Below are positions 11,537 through 21,800 of a stretch of DNA of 64,000 nt, in pieces. The notes beneath the pieces were generated by a model. It ran no database searches, was not told where the DNA came from, and saw only the letters and a list, made by a program, of their open reading frames with translations. This stretch comes from Octopus sinensis (lineage: Eukaryota). Position 1 is the stretch's first letter. Each line of letters opens with the position of its first letter. Location: contig NC_043023.1 in assembly GCF_006345805.1 (NCBI RefSeq), forward strand, positions 15,686,001 to 15,750,000, read 5' to 3'. The position numbers and the translations under genes were made by a program.

Positions 11537-12876
11537 AGGTTACATTTTTGAGAGAATGATTTACCACAAATATCGCAGTGATGTGGCTTCTCACGTGTAT
11601 GTCTACGTTTGTGAGTAGTTAAATGACTTTTTGATGAAAAAGATTTATCACAGTGATATGGTTTCTCTCCTGTATGAATGGATTTGTGATAAGTAAGGCT
11701 ACTCCTATGAGAGTATGATTTACCACATATATTGCAGTGATATGGTTTCTCTCCAGTATGAATAGGTATATGAGAAGTGAGGCTATATTTCTGAGTGAAT
11801 GATTTACCACAAATATCGCAGTGAAATGGTTTCTCCTCTTTATGAAGAGATTTGTGATAAGTAAGGCCACTGTCTTGATAGAATGATTGACCACAGATAT
11901 CGCACTGATATGGTTTCTCACCTGTATGAACTGATTTGTGATAAGTAAGGCCTCTCCTTTGAGTGAATGATTTACCACAAATATCACAGGGATATGGCCT
12001 CTCATGAGCATGAGTGAGTTCGTGAGTAGTTAAATGACTTTTTGATGAAAAGGATTCATCACAGATATCACACTGATATGGTTTCTCATGAGCATGAGTG
12101 AGTTCGTGAGTAGTTAAATAACTTTTTGATGAAAAGGATTTATCACAGATATCACACTGATATGGTTTCTCACCTGTATGAACGGAATTGTGAGAAGTAA
12201 GGTGACTTTTTTGAGAGAATGATTTTCCACAAATATCGCAGTGATTTGGCTTCTCACCTGTATGTGTAAGTTTGTGAGTAGTTAAATGACTTTTTGATGA
12301 AAAAGATTTATCACAGATAGCACAGTGATATGGTTTCTCTCCTGTATGAATGGATTTGTGAGAAGTAAGGTGACTTTTATGACAGAATGATTTACCACAG
12401 ATAATACAGTGGTATGGTTTCTCTCCTGTGTGAATGTATTTATGAGAATTTAAAGTGCTCAAGTAAGAGAATGATTTACCACAGATATCACAGTGATATC
12501 GTTTCTCTCTTGTATGAATGTATTTGTGTCTAGTAAGGCGACTTTTTTCAGAAAATGATTTACCACAGATATCACACTGATGTGGTTTCTCTCCAGTATG
12601 AATGGATTTGTGACAATAAAGGCTACTGCTTTGAGAGAATAATTTACCACAGATATCACACTGATATGGTTTCTCTCCAGTATGAGTGTATTTGTGATGA
12701 GTAAGGTGACTTTTTTGAGAGAATGAATTACCACAAATATCACAGTAATATTTCTTTCCACCTGGATGAATACATTTGTGAAGAGTGAGAATCGCTCTAT
12801 TAGAAAAAGTCTTTTTACAGATATCACATTGGTCTGATAACTTTTCTCTTTCTTTTAACATCTCCAGACTATTCAT
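11464..12876 (-). CDS. C2H2 zinc-finger protein A (470 aa as assembled; ~634 aa and 22 finger units if the frameshift is corrected)
   Basis: Tandem CX2CX12HX3H repeats with TGEKP linkers. Finger 15 lacks one Cys (9-nt deletion) and there is a frameshift in finger 16. Confidence 0.9.
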   Translation of the reverse strand: MNSLEMLKEREKLSDQCDICKKTFSNRAILTLHKCIHPGGKKYYCDICGNSFSQKSHLTHHKYTHTGEKPYQCDICGKLFSQSSSLYCHKSIHTGEKPHQCDICGKSFSEKSRLTRHKYIHTREKRYHCDICGKSFSYLSTLNSHKYIHTGEKPYHCIICGKSFCHKSHLTSHKSIHTGEKPYHCAICDKSFSSKSHLTTHKLTHTGEKPNHCDICGKSFSQKSHLTSHNSVHTGEKPYQCDICDKSFSSKSYLTTHELTHAHEKPYQCDICDESFSSKSHLTTHELTHAHERPYPCDICGKSFTQRRGLTYHKSVHTGEKPYQCDICGQSFYQDSGLTYHKSLHKEEKPFHCDICGKSFTQKYSLTSHIPIHTGEKPYHCNICGKSYSHRSSLTYHKSIHTGEKPYHCDKSFSSKSHLTTHKRRHTREKPHHCDICGKSFSQKCNLLLTNQFIQVRNHISVISVINPFH

Positions 12877-13672
12877 TATTGTTCTGTAGCATACAGACAG
12901 AAAATATATTTTCCCCTTCTTCTTTATATATATCTTCTACAGCAAATCTGATCTTGAATATCTGAAAATGATACAAACACCTTTCCAGATTTTCTCACAT
13001 TCAAACACAATGCAAAATACTTTTGTAAATATTCTTGGCAATGAGGAAAACAAATGTTGCTATTAATTCAGAAGAAATATTTCACCGTTATTCACCAGAG
13101 ATATATTATACAAACAGAGTTATGATCTATTATTTATAACGGCTGACATTCGTTTTCAAAACATGATCAATATTCATGATGTATCTCACGTAAAACTCCT
13201 TTATACGAGTATCTGAAATGACACAGAAACAGAAGATATAGGAAAGACTTAAAAAGCAAAGGTTTAACAATAAAAATTATAACTACATTTTCATAATGAT
13301 AAACTGTGGATATAAACTTTTACACGAATAAATTACACTTTAAAATGATACTCATGACACAAGACATTACTTTCGTCTATTATGACCTGAGTCATAAATC
13401 TAATACTTTCTCTAGTTTAGTTTCGATGCACCCAAACAAACAAAAGGAAAAGCTGTGTAAATAACGGACAGAGTCAAAACTATTGAAAAGGTTGCAAGAC
13501 GCAACGAAAATTTTAGGAAAAAAGTAAATAAGTAAGAAATAACTGCAAAATTTTACCGATGAGTGTGCTAAATTATAAGGCACAAAAAGAAAATGACTCT
13601 CCACAGACACAACAGAATATGCTTCAATACACGAATTCATATAAAGAACCTTGCAAACCAAATAGAATTAAT

Positions 13673-13850
13673 GTTTCTTTATCACCCACAAGGGGCGAAA
13701 CACGGACGGGACAAACAAGGACAGACAAACGGATTAAGTCGATTACATTGACACCAGTGTGTAACTGGTACTTAATTTATCGACCCCGAAGGATGAAAGG
13801 CAAAGTCGACCTCGCCGGAATTTGAACCCAGAACGTAACGGCGGACGAAA
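13673..13850 (-). mobile_element. SINE family 2 fragment in the intron of gene A
   Basis: CCCACAAGGGGC tail on + strand; absent from the paralogous intron of gene B. Confidence 0.8.
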
Positions 13851-13959
13851 TTAATATCGATGTCAGACTAGCAACATTGAATACTTTCATTATTGTCTGG
13901 AGTTTCGAATTTTCCAGGTTCTTCTGCTTTCACTAAAAATAAAATATGTACGATATCTT

Positions 13960-14121
13960 ACCTGTTATGATAAATAAATCAGTGCTAAAAGTCAATTAAC
14001 GCAAACCACACCAAAAAAGCCATTCAGCGGGAAACGTAATTTAAAGAAAGCTCAAAAAATAGACATGGAATGTCGACGAAACGAACTGATATCCGGATGT
14101 TGTATATATCGTAATACTATA
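13960..14121 (-). promoter_or_regulatory. Putative promoter / non-coding exon 1 of gene A, splice donor at 13961-13960 (acceptor at 13214-13213)
   Basis: Conserved TCATAACAG|GTAAGA donor, TGTGTCATTTCAG| acceptor and CpG-rich TCGTTTCGTCGAC motif are shared by all units. No transcript evidence is available. Confidence 0.6.
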
Positions 14122-14588
14122 TACATTTATCGGATGCTAAAACTAAGTTGGTAAATTCTCAATGTTTTTTATTGGTATAATTACTTTTCAAAATTGTGAG
14201 TTATGAGGAAAAATCCAAATAATGACAAAACATACAAAACTGACTGCTTATTTTCATATCTATTGGTACTCTTCCACTATCCTGTTACCGAACCCTTAAA
14301 TTACAGGGACGAAAAGAAACCAACAGGACTTATCAAAGAGGGACGGAGGGAAAACAGGAAGACTCGTGTGTGTTATTTCTACCTGTATTCGAAAACCATT
14401 GTTGCTTTGTTTACATTCCTGTATCTTCGTTGTGCAACAGTATAACTACCAAATTAAAAATATGTTCTCGTGTTGCTTTGTTAAATGAATCCTACGAGCT
14501 GATACTTCAGCCTAGTCGCAATTTAATTATACAGAATTTAAATGAAACACACATATATGCACATTTTTTTGTGTATTTAAGTATGTGC

Positions 14589-14753
14589 TATAGTATTACG
14601 ATATATATACAACATCCGGATTTTTAGTTCGTTTCGTCGATATTCCATGTCTATCTTTTGAGCTTTCTTTAAATTACGTTTCCCGCTGAATGGCTTTTTT
14701 GGTGTGGTTTGCGTTAATTGACTTTTAGCACTGATTTATTTATCATAACAGGT
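14589..14753 (+). promoter_or_regulatory. Putative promoter / non-coding exon 1 of gene B, donor GT 14752-14753 (acceptor AG 15331-15332)
   Basis: TCATAACAG|GTAATA donor, conserved CpG motif at 14616-14651 and polypyrimidine-CATTTCAG acceptor. Confidence 0.6.
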
Positions 14754-15668
14754 AATATATCGTACATATTTTATTTTTAGTGAAAGCAGAAGAACCTGGA
14801 AAATTCGAAACTCCAGACAATCATGAAAGTGTTCAATGTTGCTTGTCTGACATCGATATTCTATTTCGTTTTTGGATTTGGTTTGCAAGATTCTTTATAT
14901 GAATTCGTGTATTGAAGCATATTCTGTTGTGTCGCGGAGAGTCATTTTCTTTTTGTGTCTTATAATTTAACACACTCATCGGTAAAATTTTGCAGTTCTT
15001 TCTTATTTTTTACTTATTTCCTTTTTTCCTAAAATTTTCTTTGCGTCTTGCAACCTTTTCAATAGTTTTGACTCTGTCCGTTATTTACACTGCTTTTCCT
15101 TTTGTTTGTTTGGGTGCATTGAAACTAAATTAGAGAAAGTATTAGATTTATGACTCAGGTCATTATAGACGAAAGTAATGTCTTGTGTCATGAGTATCAT
15201 TTTAAAGTGTAATTTCTTCGGGCAACAGCTTATATGCACAGTTTATCATTATGAAAATGTAGTTATAATTTTTATTGTTAAACCTTTGCTTTTTAAGTCT
15301 TTCCTATATCTTCTGTTTCTGTGTCATTTCAGATACTCGTATAAAGGAGTTTTACGTGAGATACATCATGAATATTGATCATGTTTTGAAAACGAATGTC
15401 AGCCATTATAAATAATAGATAATAACTCTGTTTATATAATATATCTATGGTGAATAACGGTGAAATATTTCTTCTGAATTGATAGCAACATTTGTTTTCC
15501 TCATTGCCAGGAATATTTACAAAAGTATTGCATATTCAGTTTGAATGTGAGAAAATCTGGAAAGGTGTTTGTATCATTTTCAGATATTCAAGATCAGATT
15601 TGCTGTAGAAGATATATATAAAGAAGAAGGGGAAAATATATTTTCTGTCTGTATACTACAGAACAATA

Positions 15669-16973
15669 ATGAGTAGTCTGGAGATGTTAAAAGAAAGAGA
15701 AAAGTTATCAGACCAATGTGATATCTGTAAAAAGACTTTTTCTAATAAGGGAAATCTCACTCTTCACAAATTCATTCATGCAGGGGGGAAACAATATCAT
15801 TGTGATATCTGTGGTAAATCATTCTCTCAAAAAAGTCACCTTACTCATCACAAATACACTCATACTGGAGAGAAACCATATCACTGTGATATCTGTGGTA
15901 AATCATTCTCTCAAAGGACTGCCCTTTCTTATCACAAAGTCGTTCATACTGGAGAGAAACCATATCACTGTGATATCTGTGGTAAATCATTCTCTAAAAA
16001 ATATAACCTTACTAAACACAAATCCATTCATACAGGAGAGAAACCATATCAATGTCGTATTTGCGGTAAATCATTCTCTCATAGAAGTTCCCTTGATTCT
16101 CACAAACACATTCATACAGGAGAGAAACCACATCACTGTGATATCTGTGATAAATCCTTTTCATTAAAAAGTAATTTAACTACTCACAAATCCATTCATA
16201 TAGGAGAGAAACCATATAAATGTGATATTTGTGGTAAATCATTCTCTGAAAGGAGAGGCCTTACTTCTCACAATAACATTCATACAGGAGAGAAACCATA
16301 TAAATGTGATATTTGTGGAAAATCATTCTCTCTAAAAAGTAGCCTTACTACTCATAAACCTATTCATACAGGAGAGAAACCATATCAGTGCGATATCTGT
16401 GGTCGATCATTTTATCATAACAGTGGCCTTGCTTATCACAAATCGCTTCATAAAGAGGAGAAACCATTTCACTGCAATATTTGTGGTAAATCATTCTCTC
16501 AAAAAAGTCACCTTACTCATCACAAATACACTCATACTGGAGAGAAACCATATCAGTGTGATATCTGTGGTAAATCATTCTCTCAAAGGACTGCCCTGTC
16601 TTATCACAAATTCGTTCATACTGGAGAGAAACCATATCAGTGTGATATCTGTGGTAAATCATTCTCTAAAAAATATACCCTTACTAAACACAAATACACT
16701 CATACAGGAGAGAAACCATATCAATGTCGTATTTGCGGTAAATCATTCTCTCATATGAGTAGCCTTGATCTTCACAAACACATTCATACAGGAGAGAAAC
16801 CACATCACTGTGATATTTGTGGTAAATCATTCTCTCAAAAAAGTCACCTTTCTTCTCACAAATCAGTTCATACAGGTGAGAAACCATATCGATGCGATAT
16901 CTGTGGTAAATTATTCTCCCAGAAGAGGTACTTAAATGGACACAAATGCATTAATACAGGGGACAAACCATAG
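15669..16973 (+). CDS. C2H2 zinc-finger protein B (434 aa, 14 intact fingers + 1 degenerate)
   Basis: Intact ORF with [16 protein letters not shown] leader, tandem fingers and a TAG stop replacing the Tyr after GDKP. Confidence 0.93.
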   Translation: MSSLEMLKEREKLSDQCDICKKTFSNKGNLTLHKFIHAGGKQYHCDICGKSFSQKSHLTHHKYTHTGEKPYHCDICGKSFSQRTALSYHKVVHTGEKPYHCDICGKSFSKKYNLTKHKSIHTGEKPYQCRICGKSFSHRSSLDSHKHIHTGEKPHHCDICDKSFSLKSNLTTHKSIHIGEKPYKCDICGKSFSERRGLTSHNNIHTGEKPYKCDICGKSFSLKSSLTTHKPIHTGEKPYQCDICGRSFYHNSGLAYHKSLHKEEKPFHCNICGKSFSQKSHLTHHKYTHTGEKPYQCDICGKSFSQRTALSYHKFVHTGEKPYQCDICGKSFSKKYTLTKHKYTHTGEKPYQCRICGKSFSHMSSLDLHKHIHTGEKPHHCDICGKSFSQKSHLSSHKSVHTGEKPYRCDICGKLFSQKRYLNGHKCINTGDKP

Positions 16974-17944
16974 CACTGTAGTATCTGCAGTAAATCATTC
17001 CGTTTAAGAAAATGTTTAATTAATTACAAGTCTGCTCAAACTGGAGAGAAACTATGTGACTGTGATGTCTGCAGCAAATCATTCTCTCAGGAATATGCTG
17101 TATATACTTATAAACGTATTCATACAGGAGAGAAACTCTATTGCTGTGATACCTGAGGTAAATCATTCTCTGTGGAACAATATTGAACTCATCACAAATA
17201 CATTCATACAGGAGAGAAATCATATCACTGTGACATCTGGGACAAGTCATTCTTTCATAGAGAGAAATAATAAACTAAACACAAACATATTCATACAGGA
17301 GAAGATTCTTATGACTGTGTAATCTGTGCTAAATCATTCTCTCAATAATCTACCTTAACTAAACATATACTTATTCATATTGATCAATAACAATATCAAT
17401 GATAAAACAGATGTCCTGCTGAATAAAATACAGCAAATGTATTACTTTTTACAAAATAAATTCATTTTTCACATTTTCCTCATTTGCATCAACTCACTAA
17501 TTACGATTTGTGTTTTTTATTCAAACAATATTGATTATATTAATTTGCTCTGTTTTCTTGTGGATATATTATTTTGACACAAATGTATTACACTCCAGTT
17601 CCCAGCCATGATCAGTTATCCTCTGCTGGACACACTCAGGGATCCCAGGATCTGCACCCTTTGTGCTACTGCCCACATATTCTGGCACTAGCTGGAGGCT
17701 TATTGCTGTTTGTCACGGTTTTGGGTGTAGAGTGGGAAATATTTTTCAAGAGCCTAATGCCCCACTCTACCTATGGTTCAAGCACATCCCCGCTCAACCC
17801 ATGCAAGTGATTATCATCATACTTATTTTTTGCTAAATCATTCTGTAGAGCAGGTTTTCATGGTCTTGTTCTTACCAGACACCAAGCAGGGATTTATGAT
17901 GGGCATCTGGTTAGAATGGCACCTGTTGTGATTAGAGTAGACTG

Positions 17945-18316
17945 GTTCGAGTTAAGTATAAATAGTAACGATCTGAGTGGGTTTGCGGTTCAGAGTCAAG
18001 TGAAGTCGGAAGGTGTCGCTTGGTTTACTTCCTAAGGAATATTGAATGTTGGTTCTTAAAAGATTTGTTAGTTCATTAGATTGTTGTTACAATTTTCTGG
18101 TTATCTTATTTATTGTACGGAACAATTATGTTACAACATCTGGCGATGAGGGTTTCGAAGCTCACGCAGATCAGTTAACGAATTTCTGTGATACAAATTT
18201 GTTAAATCATGGAAGACTAATTAGCTTCTTTAAAACTGTTGCAAAATCAACGACAATGGCAGCAACAACAACAATTATTCAAAGAAGTCCAAAAATGAGG
18301 TAAGTTCATTTTCGCC
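17945..18316 (+). mobile_element. Duplicated gypsy LTR end and PBS-like site, truncated
   Basis: Copy of 6735-7110 with TTACAACA|TCTGGCGATGAGG at 18131-18151. Confidence 0.55.
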
Positions 18317-18320
18317 ACTA

Positions 18321-18701
18321 GATCTTTTCCGTTTGAACTGCAGTTTTTAACATAATTTCTAGGTAACTAAACACTTTTAAACTTCGCATACTCGTAGAAT
18401 GTGTTTATAAAACATCTTTTTCTCTTGGCTTTATTGAGAAAATTCTATAGTTTGTAAGATATTTGTTGTTTTTTTTCTTCAATTTCTGCAATTTCAACCA
18501 GTCAGTGACGTCTATTGAGGTGAAAACTTTCTGTGCCGCATGAATAATTTCCCTCGTTTAAGAAACAGATTGGGTTTATTTACATTTCTGAAGAAAAAAG
18601 ATACCCTAACCCTAAAATAGATCGATTCTAAGGTCATAATTATGGGTGACAATTTCACATGACACCGCTAGGAAAAACTGCCGTTCAAACTGAAAAGATC
18701 C
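18321..18701. mobile_element. MITE of the GGATCTTTTCC-TIR family
   Basis: TIRs GATCTTTTCCGTTTGAACTGCAGTTTTT and AAAAACTGCCGTTCAAACTGAAAAGATC; no TSD visible. Confidence 0.8.
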
Positions 18702-18786
18702 GAGTATATTTATATGGGCAGATTTGTATGATTTGCTTTATGTATCTATTCTCATGCATATATTTGCATATCTAGACATGCTCAGT

Positions 18787-19170
18787 GGAGGCGCAATGGC
18801 CCAGTGGTTAGGGCAGCGGACTCGCGGTCATAGGATCGCGGTTTCGATTCCCAGACCGGGCGTTGTGAGTGTTTATTGAGTGAAAACACCTAAAGCTCCA
18901 CGCAGCTCCGGCAGGGGATGGTGGTGATCCCTGCTGTACTCTTTCACCACAACTTTCTCTCACTCTTACTTCCTGTTTCTGTTGTACCTGTATTTCAAAG
19001 GGCCGGCCTTGTCACCCTCTGTGTCACGCTGAATATCCCCGAGAACTACGTCAAGGGTACACGTGTCTGTGGAGTGCTCAGCCACTTACACGTTAATTTC
19101 ACGAGCAGGCTGTTCCGTTGATTCGGATCAACCGGAACCCTCGTCGTCGTAACCGACGGAGTGCTTCCAT
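18787..19170 (+). mobile_element. tRNA-derived SINE, family 3
   Basis: A-box TGGCCCAGTGG and B-box GGTTTCGATTCCC; related copies at 28150 and 56025. Confidence 0.75.
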
Positions 19171-19184
19171 AATAGACATGCTCA

Positions 19185-19505
19185 CATATATTTAAATGAT
19201 AAACTTCTGAAAGGTTTGACAGATTTTTACAGTTCCAGTGATGGATTGGATCTGTAGTCTTCCAATTATCTTTCTCTTTTCTGGTTTTAAGAAGCTTAAT
19301 TTCTCAAGATTGCTATACAGGCAGTATGTCACATATCCCAAGGTCCCAATAATTACAGGTATGAACCTGAACTTGTAATCTGGATAGAGTAACTGCAGAT
19401 TTCTCAATAGTTTAGCATAGGTGTTCTTTTTTTCACTGGGCAGCTAATTTCCACAATTGTACACAGTTTCTTTTCTCTATCCTAAATTATTATACCAGGT
19501 CTGTT
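19185..19505 (-). mobile_element. 3' fragment of an RLE-endonuclease non-LTR retrotransposon (R4/Dong/NeSL-like)
   Basis: Minus strand reads NRPGIII*DREKKLCTIVEISCP...LRNLQLLYPDYKFRFIPVIIG, a decayed RPD..E restriction-like endonuclease motif. Confidence 0.65.
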
Positions 19506-19988
19506 GTGCTTACATTTTATCGAAGTTTTCATGGGGCCATTCCACCAGTACCCCTTTTTGTGAGTGTATTTATCTATGTATCGCCTAAGGTTTCGTCAAC
19601 AAAGCAACAGCAGAACATATTTAAATTTGATAGTTATACTATTGGACTCATTCGCTGCACAACGAAGATACAGGGATGTAAACAAACCAACAATGGTTTT
19701 CGAATACCGATGAGAGAAACACACACGTGTCCGCCCGTTTCTTTCCTACCATCACTTACTGAAAAGCTGTGATGGTTTCTTTCCGTCCCTGTAACTTACG
19801 GGTTCGGTAACAGAATAGCGTAAAAGTAGCAATCGACATGAAAATAAGCAGTCATCTTCTACTTTTGTATCTCTTGCTATAATTTAAATTTGGTTTTATT
19901 ACAATTCACATTTTCAAAATAGTAATAAAAAATTTACCACTTTAGTTTTAGCATTCAACCACTGTGTATCAATACGAGGTCTACAAAG

Positions 19989-20108
19989 CCCGGAGTTTTA
20001 GTTCGTTTCGTTGACGTTCCGTGTCAGTTTTTTTAAAGTGTGCTTATTATATTCCCGCGAGACGACGTTTTTGTGTTATTCGACCCTGATTTATTTATCA
20101 TAAGAGGT
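19989..20108 (+). promoter_or_regulatory. Putative promoter / exon 1 of gene C, donor GT 20107-20108 (acceptor AG 21446-21447)
   Basis: CCGGAGTTTTAGTTCGTTTCGTTGACGTTCCGTGTC motif and TCATAAGAG|GTAAGA donor. Confidence 0.6.
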
Positions 20109-20735
20109 AAGATGTGATACATATTTTATTTTGAGTAAAAGCAAATGAACTTGGCTTATTCGAAGCTGCAGACAATAGTCAAAGTTTCGAATGTTCTTCG
20201 TCTGACATCGATATTAATTCTTTTGCCTGGTAAACTTCTTTAATTATGCCAAGAAAATCTGGATTTTACTTGGGATGGCCATGAAAAACCACCAAATTTT
20301 TAATTCCTTTAATAATATTAGATATTCCATTTGCTGAATCTGTTCATTCAAAGCCTCTATTGTTTTATTATAATGGCATCATATGCTAAACATTTGTATT
20401 TGCTGTTTATTCTGTCAAAATTCAAATAGCTGACTGCAACATGAGCCAGTGATTCCGCTATAAGATTAGCTGTCATTTAGCTATTAGCAGACAGAATCGT
20501 TGAATGGCATAAACTAGAAAAGAAACGAATAATTTAAATTCCAAAAACGTATTTGTGATTCGCGTATTCTGTAGTTTAGCAAGTTAAATAATATCTGAAA
20601 GTGGACTAGTCGAAGTTTGAGCATGAGAATATAATTTGAATGACAAAATAAATTTTAAAGACTAATCTTACAGGTTAAGGTTTATATCCACAGTTTATCA
20701 TTATGAAAATGTAATTTTTTTAATGTATAGTAACG

Positions 20736-21375
20736 CGGTGAGCTGGCAGAAACGTTAGTATGCCGGACGAAATGCTTAGCGATATTTCGTCTGTTTTTAC
20801 GTTCTGAGGTCAAATTCCGCAGGGATCGACTTTGGCTTTCATCCTTTCGGAGTCGATAAATTAAGTACCAGTTACGCACTGGGGTCGATGTAATCGACTC
20901 AATCCCTTTGTCTGTCCTTGATTGTCCCCTCTATGTTTATCCCCTTGTGGGCAATAAAGAAATAAGAAACGTTAGCACGTCGGCGAAATACTTAGCGATA
21001 TTTCGTCTGTCTTTACGTTCTGAGTTCAAATTCCACCGAGGTCGACTTTGCCTTTCGTCCTTTCGGGGTTGATAAATTAAGTACCAGTTACGCACTGGGG
21101 TTGATGTAATCGACTCAATCCCTTTGTCTGTCCTTGATTGTCCCCTCTATGTTTATCTCCTCGTGGGCAATAAAGAAATAAGAAACGTTAGCACGTCGGC
21201 GAAATACTTAGCGATATTTCGTCTGTCTTTACGTTCTGAGTTCAGATTCCGCAGAGATCGGTTTTGGCTTTCATCCTTTCAGGGTCGATAAATTAAATAC
21301 CAGTTACGTACTGGGGTCGATCTAATTGACTGGTCCCTTCACTCAAAATTTCGGGCCTTGTGCCTAGAGTAGAGA
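20736..21375 (+). mobile_element. Three head-to-tail SINE family 2 units in the intron of gene C
   Basis: Units restart at AGAAACGTTAGC near 20965 and 21183 (218-bp period) immediately after the AAAGAAATA tail. Confidence 0.85.
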
Positions 21376-21800
21376 ATAATATTTTTTTATCGTTGAATCT
21401 CTGCTTTTTAAAAATTTGTTATATGTTATGTTTCTGTATCATTTCAGAATATGTGATGTTAGTCGTATAAAACTGTTTTTACGTCAGATACATCGTGAAT
21501 ATTGATCAACGTTTGAAGACAAATGGAAGATGCTTTAAATAATAAATATAACCCAGTGAATGACTGTGAAATATTTATTCTGAATTAACAGCAGCATTTG
21601 TTTTCCTCATTGTCAGGAATATTTACAAAAGTACATCGCATTCTGTTTGAACTTGAAAAAATTTGCCAAGGTGTTTGTATCATCTTCAGATATTCAAGAT
21701 CAGATCTGTAAATATAGCAGTAGTTGTATATGAAATAAGAAACAAATATACAAGAAACAAAGCAAAAATATATTTTGTGTTTCTATACAACAGAACAATA

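Larger units (their letters stand above)
14589..18316 (+). repeat. Right arm of the inverted duplication (contains gene B)
   Basis: Homology to the left arm begins at 14589 and stops at TTCGCCA (18316), just before a MITE end. Confidence 0.95.

Noticed and set aside
18787-18860. tRNA-like heads (also at 5734, 20736, 28150 and 56025) as tRNA genes
   Set aside because: They have A and B boxes but no complete cloverleaf, and each continues into a SINE body.
21663-21800. ORF-track N-terminal extensions of genes C (21663) and E (48618), and of ORF1 (446)
   Set aside because: The C and E extensions use non-ATG starts and their paralogues all begin at the ATG in GAACAATAATG. For ORF1 the upstream segment is UTR-like, so ATG 497 was preferred, with less certainty.
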